Assembly: GCA_017880945.1 (NCBI GenBank)
Contig: JADGRM010000001.1
Location: 1-42,355, forward strand
Direction of reading: 5' to 3'
DNA length: 42,355 nucleotides
Source: Gallionella sp.
GTDB taxonomy: Bacteria; Pseudomonadota; Gammaproteobacteria; Burkholderiales; Gallionellaceae
The notes beneath the pieces are model-generated. The model saw only the letters and a list, made by a program, of their open reading frames with translations. It did not search any database and was not told where the DNA came from. A program made the position numbers and the translations under genes. Each line of letters begins with the position of its first letter. Position 1 is the first letter of the stretch. Below, piece after piece: positions 1-7,364 of the stretch.

Positions 1-1
1 G

Positions 2-127
2 GAAAAGCCTGAAGAAGTCAGGGTGGCTTACCGCAAGCCTCAGGTAGTCGGCTCCCCAGCTTCGCAGAAGGCGCTCAAGGCGGTAGATGAACTTCTCTCC
101 GGCATTGTCAAGGAGGCGTTGCAGTAG
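2..127 (+). CDS. 3' end of a CDS truncated by the window start, possibly DUF302-like
   Basis: Frame 2 reads EKPEEVRVAYRKPQVVGSPASQKALKAVDELLSGIVKEALQ to TAG at 125-127. The pattern resembles DUF302 C-termini (weak recall). Confidence 0.45.
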   Translation, partial: EKPEEVRVAYRKPQVVGSPASQKALKAVDELLSGIVKEALQ

Positions 128-237
128 TTCTTCGCCTGCGGGGACGGCAACAAACGGTTGTTTCTACTGAAATGACGGCATTACGGGCGAGGACATCAGG
201 AGAAGGCGCCTGCGCAGTTTATGCACGCTGGCAGACC

Positions 238-951
238 TTAATTCATCTGACTCGATGCTGTGAAATGTTGGTCAATCTGATCCAGCGTCAGTGTGCCAGG
301 CCTGATGACGCCGTCCTCGAAAATCAAGGTGGGCGTTACGTTGATTTTCAGCTTTTTCGCCAGCATTGAAATTTTGGTCAATGCTGCTGTATCGCACGCC
401 TTTTCAGATTGCGGCTCCACACCCCTCAACATATGGTCCTCCCATGCCTTGAGGCTGTCGGGTGAACACCAGATCGCCCTGGCCTTCTCTTCGGAGTTGG
501 GCAGTATCGGAAGCACGAAGATGTAAATCGTTGCATTGGTCAGATTGACCAGCTCTTTTTCCAGTTTCTTGCAATACTGGCAATTCGGATCGGTGAAGAC
601 CGCCAGCTTTCTCTTGCCGTTGCCCTTCACGTTCTTGATAGCAAGGTCGATAGGCAAGGTATCGAATTTGATTGCATAAAGTTGCTTTTCTCTCGCCTCG
701 GTCAAATTCTGCATCGTATGCATATCGAAAATGTTGCCCGAAAAAAGATAAGTCATTTTTTCGTCGGTATAAACCAGCTGGTCATCGAAAGCCACTTCAT
801 ACAAGCCGAAATAAGGGGTTTTGCTGACACTGATGACCTTTGAATAGGGGAACTTCTTTTCCATCTCAGCCCTGATGCCGGCTTCGCCGGCGTAAGCTGA
901 ATTGGCTAAAAACAGAACAAGCAACACTAAATATTCAAATGGTTTCATCAT
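238..951 (-). CDS. dsbC: Periplasmic thiol:disulfide isomerase, DsbC family
   Basis: Signal peptide, N-terminal dimerisation region (GLYEV...YTD), FTDPNCQYC active site and cis-Pro VTPT. Start moved to ATG 951 behind an AGGA RBS. Confidence 0.85.
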   Translation of the reverse strand: MMKPFEYLVLLVLFLANSAYAGEAGIRAEMEKKFPYSKVISVSKTPYFGLYEVAFDDQLVYTDEKMTYLFSGNIFDMHTMQNLTEAREKQLYAIKFDTLPIDLAIKNVKGNGKRKLAVFTDPNCQYCKKLEKELVNLTNATIYIFVLPILPNSEEKARAIWCSPDSLKAWEDHMLRGVEPQSEKACDTAALTKISMLAKKLKINVTPTLIFEDGVIRPGTLTLDQIDQHFTASSQMN

Positions 952-1305
952 TCTTTCCTGTTGCACGTTAGTGGAGGTTACTCCTCGGGCTGGATCAGCG
1001 GGTTGATCAAATTTAAGCCGCCTGCTGAACAAGTTTCGTTTTGAATTCGCTGGATGATCGATACCTTAGCCCAGAGTATATCCGCTTGCCGCTCAGGCGA
1101 ATAACGGTCTGACTGTATTCGACAGTGCGACTACTACACTATGGAACAGGCAATAGATGGATCCACCCAGTCCGCACAAGATAAATGGGTATTGTTCGAT
1201 ATCGTCAATAGACGTAATATCCGTCTCATTTCCCCGGTGCTGTTATGGGAGTGTGTTCAGTACCATAACCGGGCAAGGTTGGAATAAGTAATGAATAGTT
1301 GAGGA

Positions 1306-1323
1306 ATAACCCTAACGGGTTAT
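1306..1323. promoter_or_regulatory. Perfect palindrome ATAACCC-TAAC-GGGTTAT, candidate transcription-factor site
   Basis: 7-4-7 inverted repeat about 130 bp upstream of tusA. Weaker copies at 1265-1282 and 1328-1345, and related copies upstream of dsrA. Confidence 0.55.
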
Positions 1324-1453
1324 CCCGCAAACACTTTGTGGGTATGGACGCTAGTGAGCTGCTTATTCCTATAATGAATCTGTTACATTTGTTTATGTGT
1401 GATATCGAAACTGGTTTTTATGGTAATTTTAATAACTTGCAGGAGATGGAATT

Positions 1454-1681
1454 ATGAACTTTGACAAAGAATTTGATGCGAGTGGTTTGTCCTGCCCTTT
1501 GCCTATCCTGAAAACCAAAAAGGCACTCGCCGATATGGCTTCCGGGCAGGTACTCAAGCTGGTTGCAACCGATTGCGGTGCAGTCAAGGATATGCAGGCT
1601 TTCGCCGATCAAACCGGCAATACCTTGCTGTCCACAGAAGAAGCAAATGGCTCATATACGTTTTACATGAAGAAAAAATAA
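1454..1681 (+). CDS. tusA: Sulfurtransferase TusA family protein
   Basis: 75 aa with the DASGLSCPLP motif and an AGGAG RBS; adjacent to dsrE2, as in known sulfur-oxidiser clusters. Confidence 0.92.
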   Translation: MNFDKEFDASGLSCPLPILKTKKALADMASGQVLKLVATDCGAVKDMQAFADQTGNTLLSTEEANGSYTFYMKKK

Positions 1682-1727
1682 ATAAGTTTTCTAATTTCGA
1701 ACCAAAACCATACGCGAAGGGGCAAAC

Positions 1728-2198
1728 ATGAGTTCTAAAAAAATGGCGATCATCGCCACCAAAGGCACGCTGGATATGGCCTACCCGCCATTCATACTTG
1801 CCTCGACCGCCGCTGCTCTGGGTTATGAAGTGCAAGTGTTCTTTACCTTCTACGGATTACAGTTGCTGCGCAAGGACTTGTCCACTGTGATGATCAGCCC
1901 GCTGGCCAACCCTGCGATGCCGATGCCGGTGCCGATGCCGGTGATGGTGCAGATGCTGCCCGGGATGGAATCCATGGCCACCATGATGATGAAGCAAAAA
2001 CTCAAGAAGCACGGCGTAGCCTCGCTGCAGGAGCTGCGCGACTTGTGCCTGGAGGCTGAGGTGAAATTCATTGCTTGCCAGATGACGGTAGATCTGTTCG
2101 AATTCGACAAGAGCGAATTTATTGATAATATAGAATACGGTGGTGCCGCGATGTTCTTGGGGTTCGCGGGAGATACCGATATCTGCTTGTTTGTTTAA
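1728..2198 (+). CDS. dsrE2: DsrE2-type sulfurtransferase (DsrE/DsrF/DrsH-like)
   Basis: IIATKGTLDMAYPPFILASTAAALG, FFTFYGL and IACQMT (conserved Cys); directly follows tusA. Confidence 0.85.
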   Translation: MSSKKMAIIATKGTLDMAYPPFILASTAAALGYEVQVFFTFYGLQLLRKDLSTVMISPLANPAMPMPVPMPVMVQMLPGMESMATMMMKQKLKKHGVASLQELRDLCLEAEVKFIACQMTVDLFEFDKSEFIDNIEYGGAAMFLGFAGDTDICLFV

Positions 2199-2257
2199 GT
2201 TGTTATAGCTGGGCAGTAACTGGGGTTTGTTTTATAAATCAACTTGGGAGTGTTGTT

Positions 2258-3547
2258 ATGAAAATGAATAAAATTGTCGTATCGTTGTTGGCTGCAGGCG
2301 TCATGGCTTCGCCGCTGGCACATGCCACGAACGGTTACTTGCCGATCGGCTATGGCCAGAAAAACGAAGCGATGGGCGGGGCAAGCATCGCGCTGCCGCT
2401 GGATTCTCTCGCGGCTGCCAACAACCCGGCCGGGATGGTGATGGTGGGCGATCGTGCCGATCTCGGCCTGACCTTGTTCAGGCCAAATCGTACCGCTGAG
2501 ATCACAGGTAACAATTGTGCACCCGCAGGTTGTGGTGGTGGCACACTGAACGGCACCTATGACGGCAATGGCCGGAGCAACTTCTTCATTCCTACCTTAG
2601 GCTATAACAAAATGATCAACGCGGACACCTCGCTTGGCGTCTCTGTGTTTGGCAACGGCGGCATGAATACCCAGTACAACACCAACCCGTTCGCCCCCTT
2701 TGGGGCCAACGGCAACCTCGGCATCAACCTTGAGCAACTGTTCGTCGCACCGACCTGGGCGATGAAGATCAACCCGACCAATGCGGTCGGCGTCTCGCTG
2801 AATCTGGTCTACCAGATGTTCAGTGCGACCGGGGTAAATGGAGCATTGGCTGGGTTGTCTAGCAATGCAACTGCTTTAAGCGATAATGGCACGGACACAA
2901 CCACGGGTTACGGTGTCAAGATAGGCTGGACCGGCGAAGTCACCCCCCTCGTGACGCTGGGTGCGACCTACCAGAGCAAGACCAAGATGGGCAAGTTCAG
3001 TAAATACAGCGGCTTGTTTGCCGACCAGGGCAGCTTCGACATACCGTCCAACTATGGTGTGGGCATCGCGGTCAAAGCCACGCCGGCAACCACGGTCGCG
3101 TTCGATGTTCAGCGCACCAATTATGCGGACGTAGCCTCCGTTGGCACCCCATTTACGGCGGTACCCCCAACTTTTGGTGGAACAGGTCCCTTCCTTGGAG
3201 CATCCAATGGCCCCGGTTTTGGCTGGAAAAACATCAATGCCTACAAACTCGGGGTAAGTCATGCTTTTAGTTCGGCGTTCACGTTGCGCGCCGGCCTGAA
3301 TCATTGCGACCAGCCGATACCAAACAACCAGACACTGTTGAATATGCTGGCGCCGGGCGTGGTGCAGAACCATCTGTCACTGGGCGGAACCTGGACGCTG
3401 GCGAATAAGTCTGAAGTGACGGTAGCCTATGTTCATGCCTTCAAGCAGACCGTCAATGGTTCCGGATCCATCCCGCCGCAGATGGGTGGGGGCGAAGCCA
3501 ACATCACCATGCATGAAGATTCGCTCGGCATTTCTTACGGCTGGTAA
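2258..3547 (+). CDS. Outer-membrane transporter, FadL/OmpP1/TodX family
   Basis: Signal peptide ending AHA, hatch motifs TNGY..G.G....MGGA and NNPAGM, amphipathic beta strands, C-terminal aromatic residue (ISYGW). Confidence 0.85.
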   Translation: MKMNKIVVSLLAAGVMASPLAHATNGYLPIGYGQKNEAMGGASIALPLDSLAAANNPAGMVMVGDRADLGLTLFRPNRTAEITGNNCAPAGCGGGTLNGTYDGNGRSNFFIPTLGYNKMINADTSLGVSVFGNGGMNTQYNTNPFAPFGANGNLGINLEQLFVAPTWAMKINPTNAVGVSLNLVYQMFSATGVNGALAGLSSNATALSDNGTDTTTGYGVKIGWTGEVTPLVTLGATYQSKTKMGKFSKYSGLFADQGSFDIPSNYGVGIAVKATPATTVAFDVQRTNYADVASVGTPFTAVPPTFGGTGPFLGASNGPGFGWKNINAYKLGVSHAFSSAFTLRAGLNHCDQPIPNNQTLLNMLAPGVVQNHLSLGGTWTLANKSEVTVAYVHAFKQTVNGSGSIPPQMGGGEANITMHEDSLGISYGW

Positions 3548-3582
3548 TCGCTTGGCAATCTGAAAGTTGTAAAAACCTGAAG

Positions 3583-3610
3583 CCCGCCATCGCAAGATGG
3601 CGGGTTTTTT
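3583..3610 (+). terminator. Rho-independent terminator
   Basis: CCCGCCATC-GCAA-GATGGCGGG followed by TTTTTT, 36 bp after the FadL-like stop. Confidence 0.9.
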
Positions 3611-3643
3611 AATCGGCAACGAATGAGTTCTGGCTAACTGTAA

Positions 3644-4522
3644 TCAGCTTTCCGCAATCCGCTCGTGATAGCGTGCCCGGTACAGCAGGCGCGGGGCGGT
3701 CGCATCGTCATCGAAGGCTGCGCGGTCATGCAGCACGTTGTTGCACAACAGCCCCATGCCGGGCTCGAGCCGCGTGCGGTGGATGTGCGGTGTATCCGAG
3801 GCGAGCAGCTTTTCCAAAGCCGCTACAGCCGACAGTGTGGTTGCATCCTGCTTCCATTCGATGCTGCGGGTACGCGCGGTATAGCGCATGTGCAGTGTCC
3901 CGCTAGCCGGGTCTATCGAGAACACCGGGCCGGTCTGAGCGGCGCGCGCCACACCTTGCTCATCGGTGCGTTCCGGTATCGTCATCGCATCCGCTGCGGA
4001 CAGCGCGCGGATGAAATCGACATTACTGTCGCGCAACATCAGGTAAGCGATCTCGTGATCCATCAGTCGATTCTCGCCGCCTTGCCCGGCACTGTGCACG
4101 CAGTGCAATATCATGCCACGCACCTGCCGTTCGGGCGGATTGTAATAACCGTCGGTATGCCATTTGATGGCGCGGTCTGTATAGGGGATATAAGCCTGCC
4201 GCTGTCCGTCGTCAGTACATACGGTCACGCGTGTGATGCCTTGTTCACCCGCCAGCCAGTTCGCGTCCAGGCTGGCCAGTCCGAACTGTGATCCGAATTG
4301 TCTTACCATGTCTTCATCAACGGGATCGGCGTGAGTGGCGTAAACCACCATGTTGCTGTGCCGGCAACGTGCCAGTAGGGCGGCGTGTTCGGCCTTGGTC
4401 AGGGCACGCGGATCCTTGATTTCGACGATCAACTCGTCCGTATTGGTGATGGCGCGTGCCAGCTTGAGTTCGCGCCAGCGCAGATAAGCATCAGTGTTGT
4501 CGAGATCAAAATGAGTTTGCAT
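3644..4522 (-). CDS. TauD/TfdA-family Fe(II)/2-oxoglutarate dioxygenase-like protein
   Basis: WHTDGYYN (HxD), GGEN and NNVLHDR (distal His plus Arg). Start set at the internal ATG (MQTHFDL). Confidence 0.8.
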   Translation of the reverse strand: MQTHFDLDNTDAYLRWRELKLARAITNTDELIVEIKDPRALTKAEHAALLARCRHSNMVVYATHADPVDEDMVRQFGSQFGLASLDANWLAGEQGITRVTVCTDDGQRQAYIPYTDRAIKWHTDGYYNPPERQVRGMILHCVHSAGQGGENRLMDHEIAYLMLRDSNVDFIRALSAADAMTIPERTDEQGVARAAQTGPVFSIDPASGTLHMRYTARTRSIEWKQDATTLSAVAALEKLLASDTPHIHRTRLEPGMGLLCNNVLHDRAAFDDDATAPRLLYRARYHERIAES

Positions 4523-4689
4523 ATCTGGGTTGTCGCAATGTGGTTTAGGGCGTCTCGAAAAACTCAATTTTTTAAGCTAGGCAAGGCGCGAGCAAAAAAT
4601 AACGACGACACATATATCTGATATGTTAGGAGTAATTTTTTGTGAGCAACACAGCATCGCGACAAAAATTGGGTTTTACGAGATGCCCT

Positions 4690-5286
4690 TTAATCGCCGC
4701 TGGTGACCTTGCGGATGCGTGTCTGCGGGGGTTCTTTTGCGAACAGATTCTTCATGGTTTTCTCCACCATGTCCACGGCTTCGGGTGCTTCGATGCTCAT
4801 CATCTGATCAATCACCCATTCGACATCTTTTTCATCCATGACTTCGCGCATACAGTAGGCAAGGTAACGGGTGAAGGCAAATTCGGGGCCATCGACCCCA
4901 TAGTTGAAGTCGGCATACTCTCCCGCGCGCTGGTTGAGTTTGCCGATAAAAAGCTGCTTATGATCAGTGATGCTGTCATCCATCAAACGGCTCTGGTTTT
5001 CGGCCAGCGTTTCCGCCACACGATTTGCCAATGTGCTGGTAAATGCAAAACGAGCTTCGGCGGATAATTGGCGATGGGCGATACGGTCCGCGACCTGGAT
5101 CAGGAACACCAGGAATTCGGTGATAAATGAAAAGTATTGCGGGCCGATGGCGATCTCGAAATTCGCCCTGCGGGTATTCTTGAGCGCGTTGTCCGCGATA
5201 CGCCAGATGGTAAACGCCATTGCTCCCGCAATCTCTTGAGGAGTTTTTTCGCGGTCACTTTTGAACCATTGGCTTTTGATGCGCAT
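4690..5286 (-). CDS. Hypothetical alpha-helical protein
   Basis: 198 aa ATG-started ORF, tightly co-oriented with its neighbours, with natural composition; no family recognised. Confidence 0.7.
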   Translation of the reverse strand: MRIKSQWFKSDREKTPQEIAGAMAFTIWRIADNALKNTRRANFEIAIGPQYFSFITEFLVFLIQVADRIAHRQLSAEARFAFTSTLANRVAETLAENQSRLMDDSITDHKQLFIGKLNQRAGEYADFNYGVDGPEFAFTRYLAYCMREVMDEKDVEWVIDQMMSIEAPEAVDMVEKTMKNLFAKEPPQTRIRKVTSGD

Positions 5287-5309
5287 GTCAGGTGAGCCGG
5301 CAGTTCCGG

Positions 5310-5795
5310 TCAGCCCTTTTGCAGAAAAAACTCATACTCGCCAGCGGCCGTTTCGACAGTACTGATGATTTTTATTCCGGTCGTCTGCGCCCAGCCAACG
5401 ATGTCGGAACGGATGCCGGGGCAGTTGCTGATGAGTTTGAGAATTTCGCCTGCCTTCATGCCGTTCAACAGCTTCTTGGCTTCCACGATAGGTCCCGGGC
5501 AATGCACACCACGAATATCGAGAATGACATTCGCCTGGTGCGATTCTCCTTTGCCCTTCATGACGTAGTAGCCCGTGCCGCCATCCGGCATCGCTTCCGT
5601 TTTTAATACTTTGTTATGAGTCTGTTCCGCCCATGAGAAAAGATCATCCTTGGTGCCCGGGCAGTCTGAGATCAACAACAGTATTTGCTCTTTTTTCAGA
5701 TCGTCGACCACGCGCTTGGCACCGAGCAGCGGTGCAGGGCAGGTTTGGCCGCGCATATCCAGCGTTACATTGGCGTGCAAGTCTCGAGTGCTCAT
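5310..5795 (-). CDS. Tandem two-domain TusA/SirA-family protein
   Basis: Two repeats, LDMRGQTCPAPLL...ISDCPG and LDIRGVHCPGPIV...ISNCPG. Confidence 0.85.
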   Translation of the reverse strand: MSTRDLHANVTLDMRGQTCPAPLLGAKRVVDDLKKEQILLLISDCPGTKDDLFSWAEQTHNKVLKTEAMPDGGTGYYVMKGKGESHQANVILDIRGVHCPGPIVEAKKLLNGMKAGEILKLISNCPGIRSDIVGWAQTTGIKIISTVETAAGEYEFFLQKG

Positions 5796-5831
5796 TTTAG
5801 ATGTCCTGTCAATTTCTGAAACTTCATTGTT

Positions 5832-6161
5832 TCAATATCCGCCCTTGCCGTATGGCTGCGGCAGGCCGGCGACTTTTGCACCTTGTTTGGCCGGGCCGGT
5901 CGGAAATAAATCATACAGTGCTTTGCTATCTGCCTCCGGCCAGAATTCATTAACGCCTTTCAGCATATTGCGGAAATTGGGCGTGTGTCCGTGTTCGCGA
6001 TACTGATCGCGCATGTATTTGACTACTTCCCAATGCTTGGGCGTTAGCTCAATGCCTTCCGCTGCGGCGATGACGTTTACTATTTCATCGCCATAATCCG
6101 GCTCCAATAAGTAGCCATCAACATCGGTTTCGACTTCTTTGCCTGCAACTGTATAGCCCAT
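5832..6161 (-). CDS. DsrC/TusE-family paralogue with no cysteine (RspA-like)
   Basis: ETDVDGYL, HWEVV, LYDLFPTGPAKQGAKVAGLP; ends in YGKGGY rather than the Cys-bearing tail. GGAGG RBS. Confidence 0.85.
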   Translation of the reverse strand: MGYTVAGKEVETDVDGYLLEPDYGDEIVNVIAAAEGIELTPKHWEVVKYMRDQYREHGHTPNFRNMLKGVNEFWPEADSKALYDLFPTGPAKQGAKVAGLPQPYGKGGY

Positions 6162-6197
6162 GACTGACCTCCATCAAAAAAAAGGGAAACAAAAAAC

Positions 6198-6812
6198 TTA
6201 ATCTTCACTTAAACCCGTAATGACTTTATATGGTACAAAAATGCCGCAACCAAATTGACGGTCATCCCCCAGGCCAGCATATTGCAATTGTAGCGATGCT
6301 TCGGGTTTCAGGTCATGCAGAACCAGGCTGTAACCATGGATGGATCTTTGACCGCCGTTGATGGTGAGGTGCTTGCCGCAGATCAATTTTCCTGTAACGC
6401 CCAACTCTCCCATCTGTTTCCTGATGTCTTCCACAAAAAGCACTTCATCACTAGAACCGGTTACCAGCTGAGCGTGAATTGTGGGGTAGGGCTGAATCGG
6501 GCGTGTCTTCGCAGCCCCCACGCGCATAGTACTTCCGGCTATATCGAGTTGCTGTCCAGTCAAGCTGGATGCGGCAGACTCGGCAAGTGTTGTTGGCATA
6601 CGCATTACCAGCTTGGCACGTTTGGCAAGCAGCATACCTTGGCTATTTTCTGTTGAGCGTAACGGCAGCACTCCGACCAGCTTTTTTTCAGCGAGCTGAG
6701 GGACAAGGCGCAGCAGTGCGGCCCAAAGCGCAAAGCGATACGCTGTGGGCAGTGTGCCGCCCTCAAGGTCGAACACCATATCGATCATATCGGGAAGATT
6801 TTTATTAGTCAT
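6198..6812 (-). CDS. Stand-alone Cas6-like (Cmx6-type) RAMP protein
   Basis: N-terminal IDMVFDLEGGTLP and C-terminal SLQLQYAGLGDDRQFGCGIFVP, the Cas6 Gly-rich loop GhGxxxxxGhG. ATG 6812 overlaps the upstream stop. Confidence 0.75.
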   Translation of the reverse strand: MTNKNLPDMIDMVFDLEGGTLPTAYRFALWAALLRLVPQLAEKKLVGVLPLRSTENSQGMLLAKRAKLVMRMPTTLAESAASSLTGQQLDIAGSTMRVGAAKTRPIQPYPTIHAQLVTGSSDEVLFVEDIRKQMGELGVTGKLICGKHLTINGGQRSIHGYSLVLHDLKPEASLQLQYAGLGDDRQFGCGIFVPYKVITGLSED

Positions 6813-7029
6813 TTGCTGCCAGTTTCTGGGTATCTGCCCAGCGTTGCATAGCCACCGCCCAAAGTTGAGCCGTAGCAGGATCAATGTCGAAAATAGTAAA
6901 ACGTTTGCCTTCTCGAATACGAATGCGCAACAAGCTCATCCCGCCTTCTACGTGATCTATCTGTTGCAATTCGATTTCCTGGCTTCCTAAAGGAACCTTG
7001 AATTTCGCTAATTCGCTGATTTGTGTCAT
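6805..7029 (-). CDS. Small hypothetical protein
   Basis: 74 aa with a GAGG RBS and an LLRIRIREGKRFTIFDID core; 8-bp overlap with the cas6-like gene. Confidence 0.7.
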   Translation of the reverse strand: MTQISELAKFKVPLGSQEIELQQIDHVEGGMSLLRIRIREGKRFTIFDIDPATAQLWAVAMQRWADTQKLAAND

Positions 7030-7154
7030 TGCAGTTGCCCTCGATCAGGATAAATGACGATGCCCCCTCAGAACATTCTGAACGAGTTATTATATATATC
7101 GAAGTTTATCGTTAATATACTTGAAATTGGAATACTACTAGGGGAAGGCGACGC

Positions 7155-7195
7155 ACCACCCATAAGGGTTATTGTAGATAGCCGCTAAGGGTGAT
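7155..7195. promoter_or_regulatory. Two tandem degenerate ATAACCC-N4-GGGTTAT boxes in the divergent promoter region
   Basis: ACCACCC-ATAA-GGGTTAT (7155-7172) and ATAGCCG-CTAA-GGGTGAT (7178-7195), 23 bp apart start to start. Confidence 0.5.
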
Positions 7196-7364
7196 GGAAT
7201 GTACAAGGTAATACATCGTAATATTCTAATAGATCAATAAACATGGACATTCCGCAGTATTACGGCGGATGAGTCCAGACGGATCACCAATTCCCGTCTC
7301 TGCCGGGTCATTAATCGTTTGCCAGCAGCAAGCTACGGGCAACGCGACTGAAAGGAAGATTATT

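Noticed and set aside
1916-1946. GATGCC/GGTGCC hexamer repeats in dsrE2
   Set aside because: They encode the MPMPVPMPV Met/Pro-rich segment; an in-frame protein-level feature.
4610-4626. ACATAT-N5-ATATGT palindrome upstream of the TauD-like gene
   Set aside because: AT-rich 6-bp arms are expected by chance, and no convincing second copy was found.
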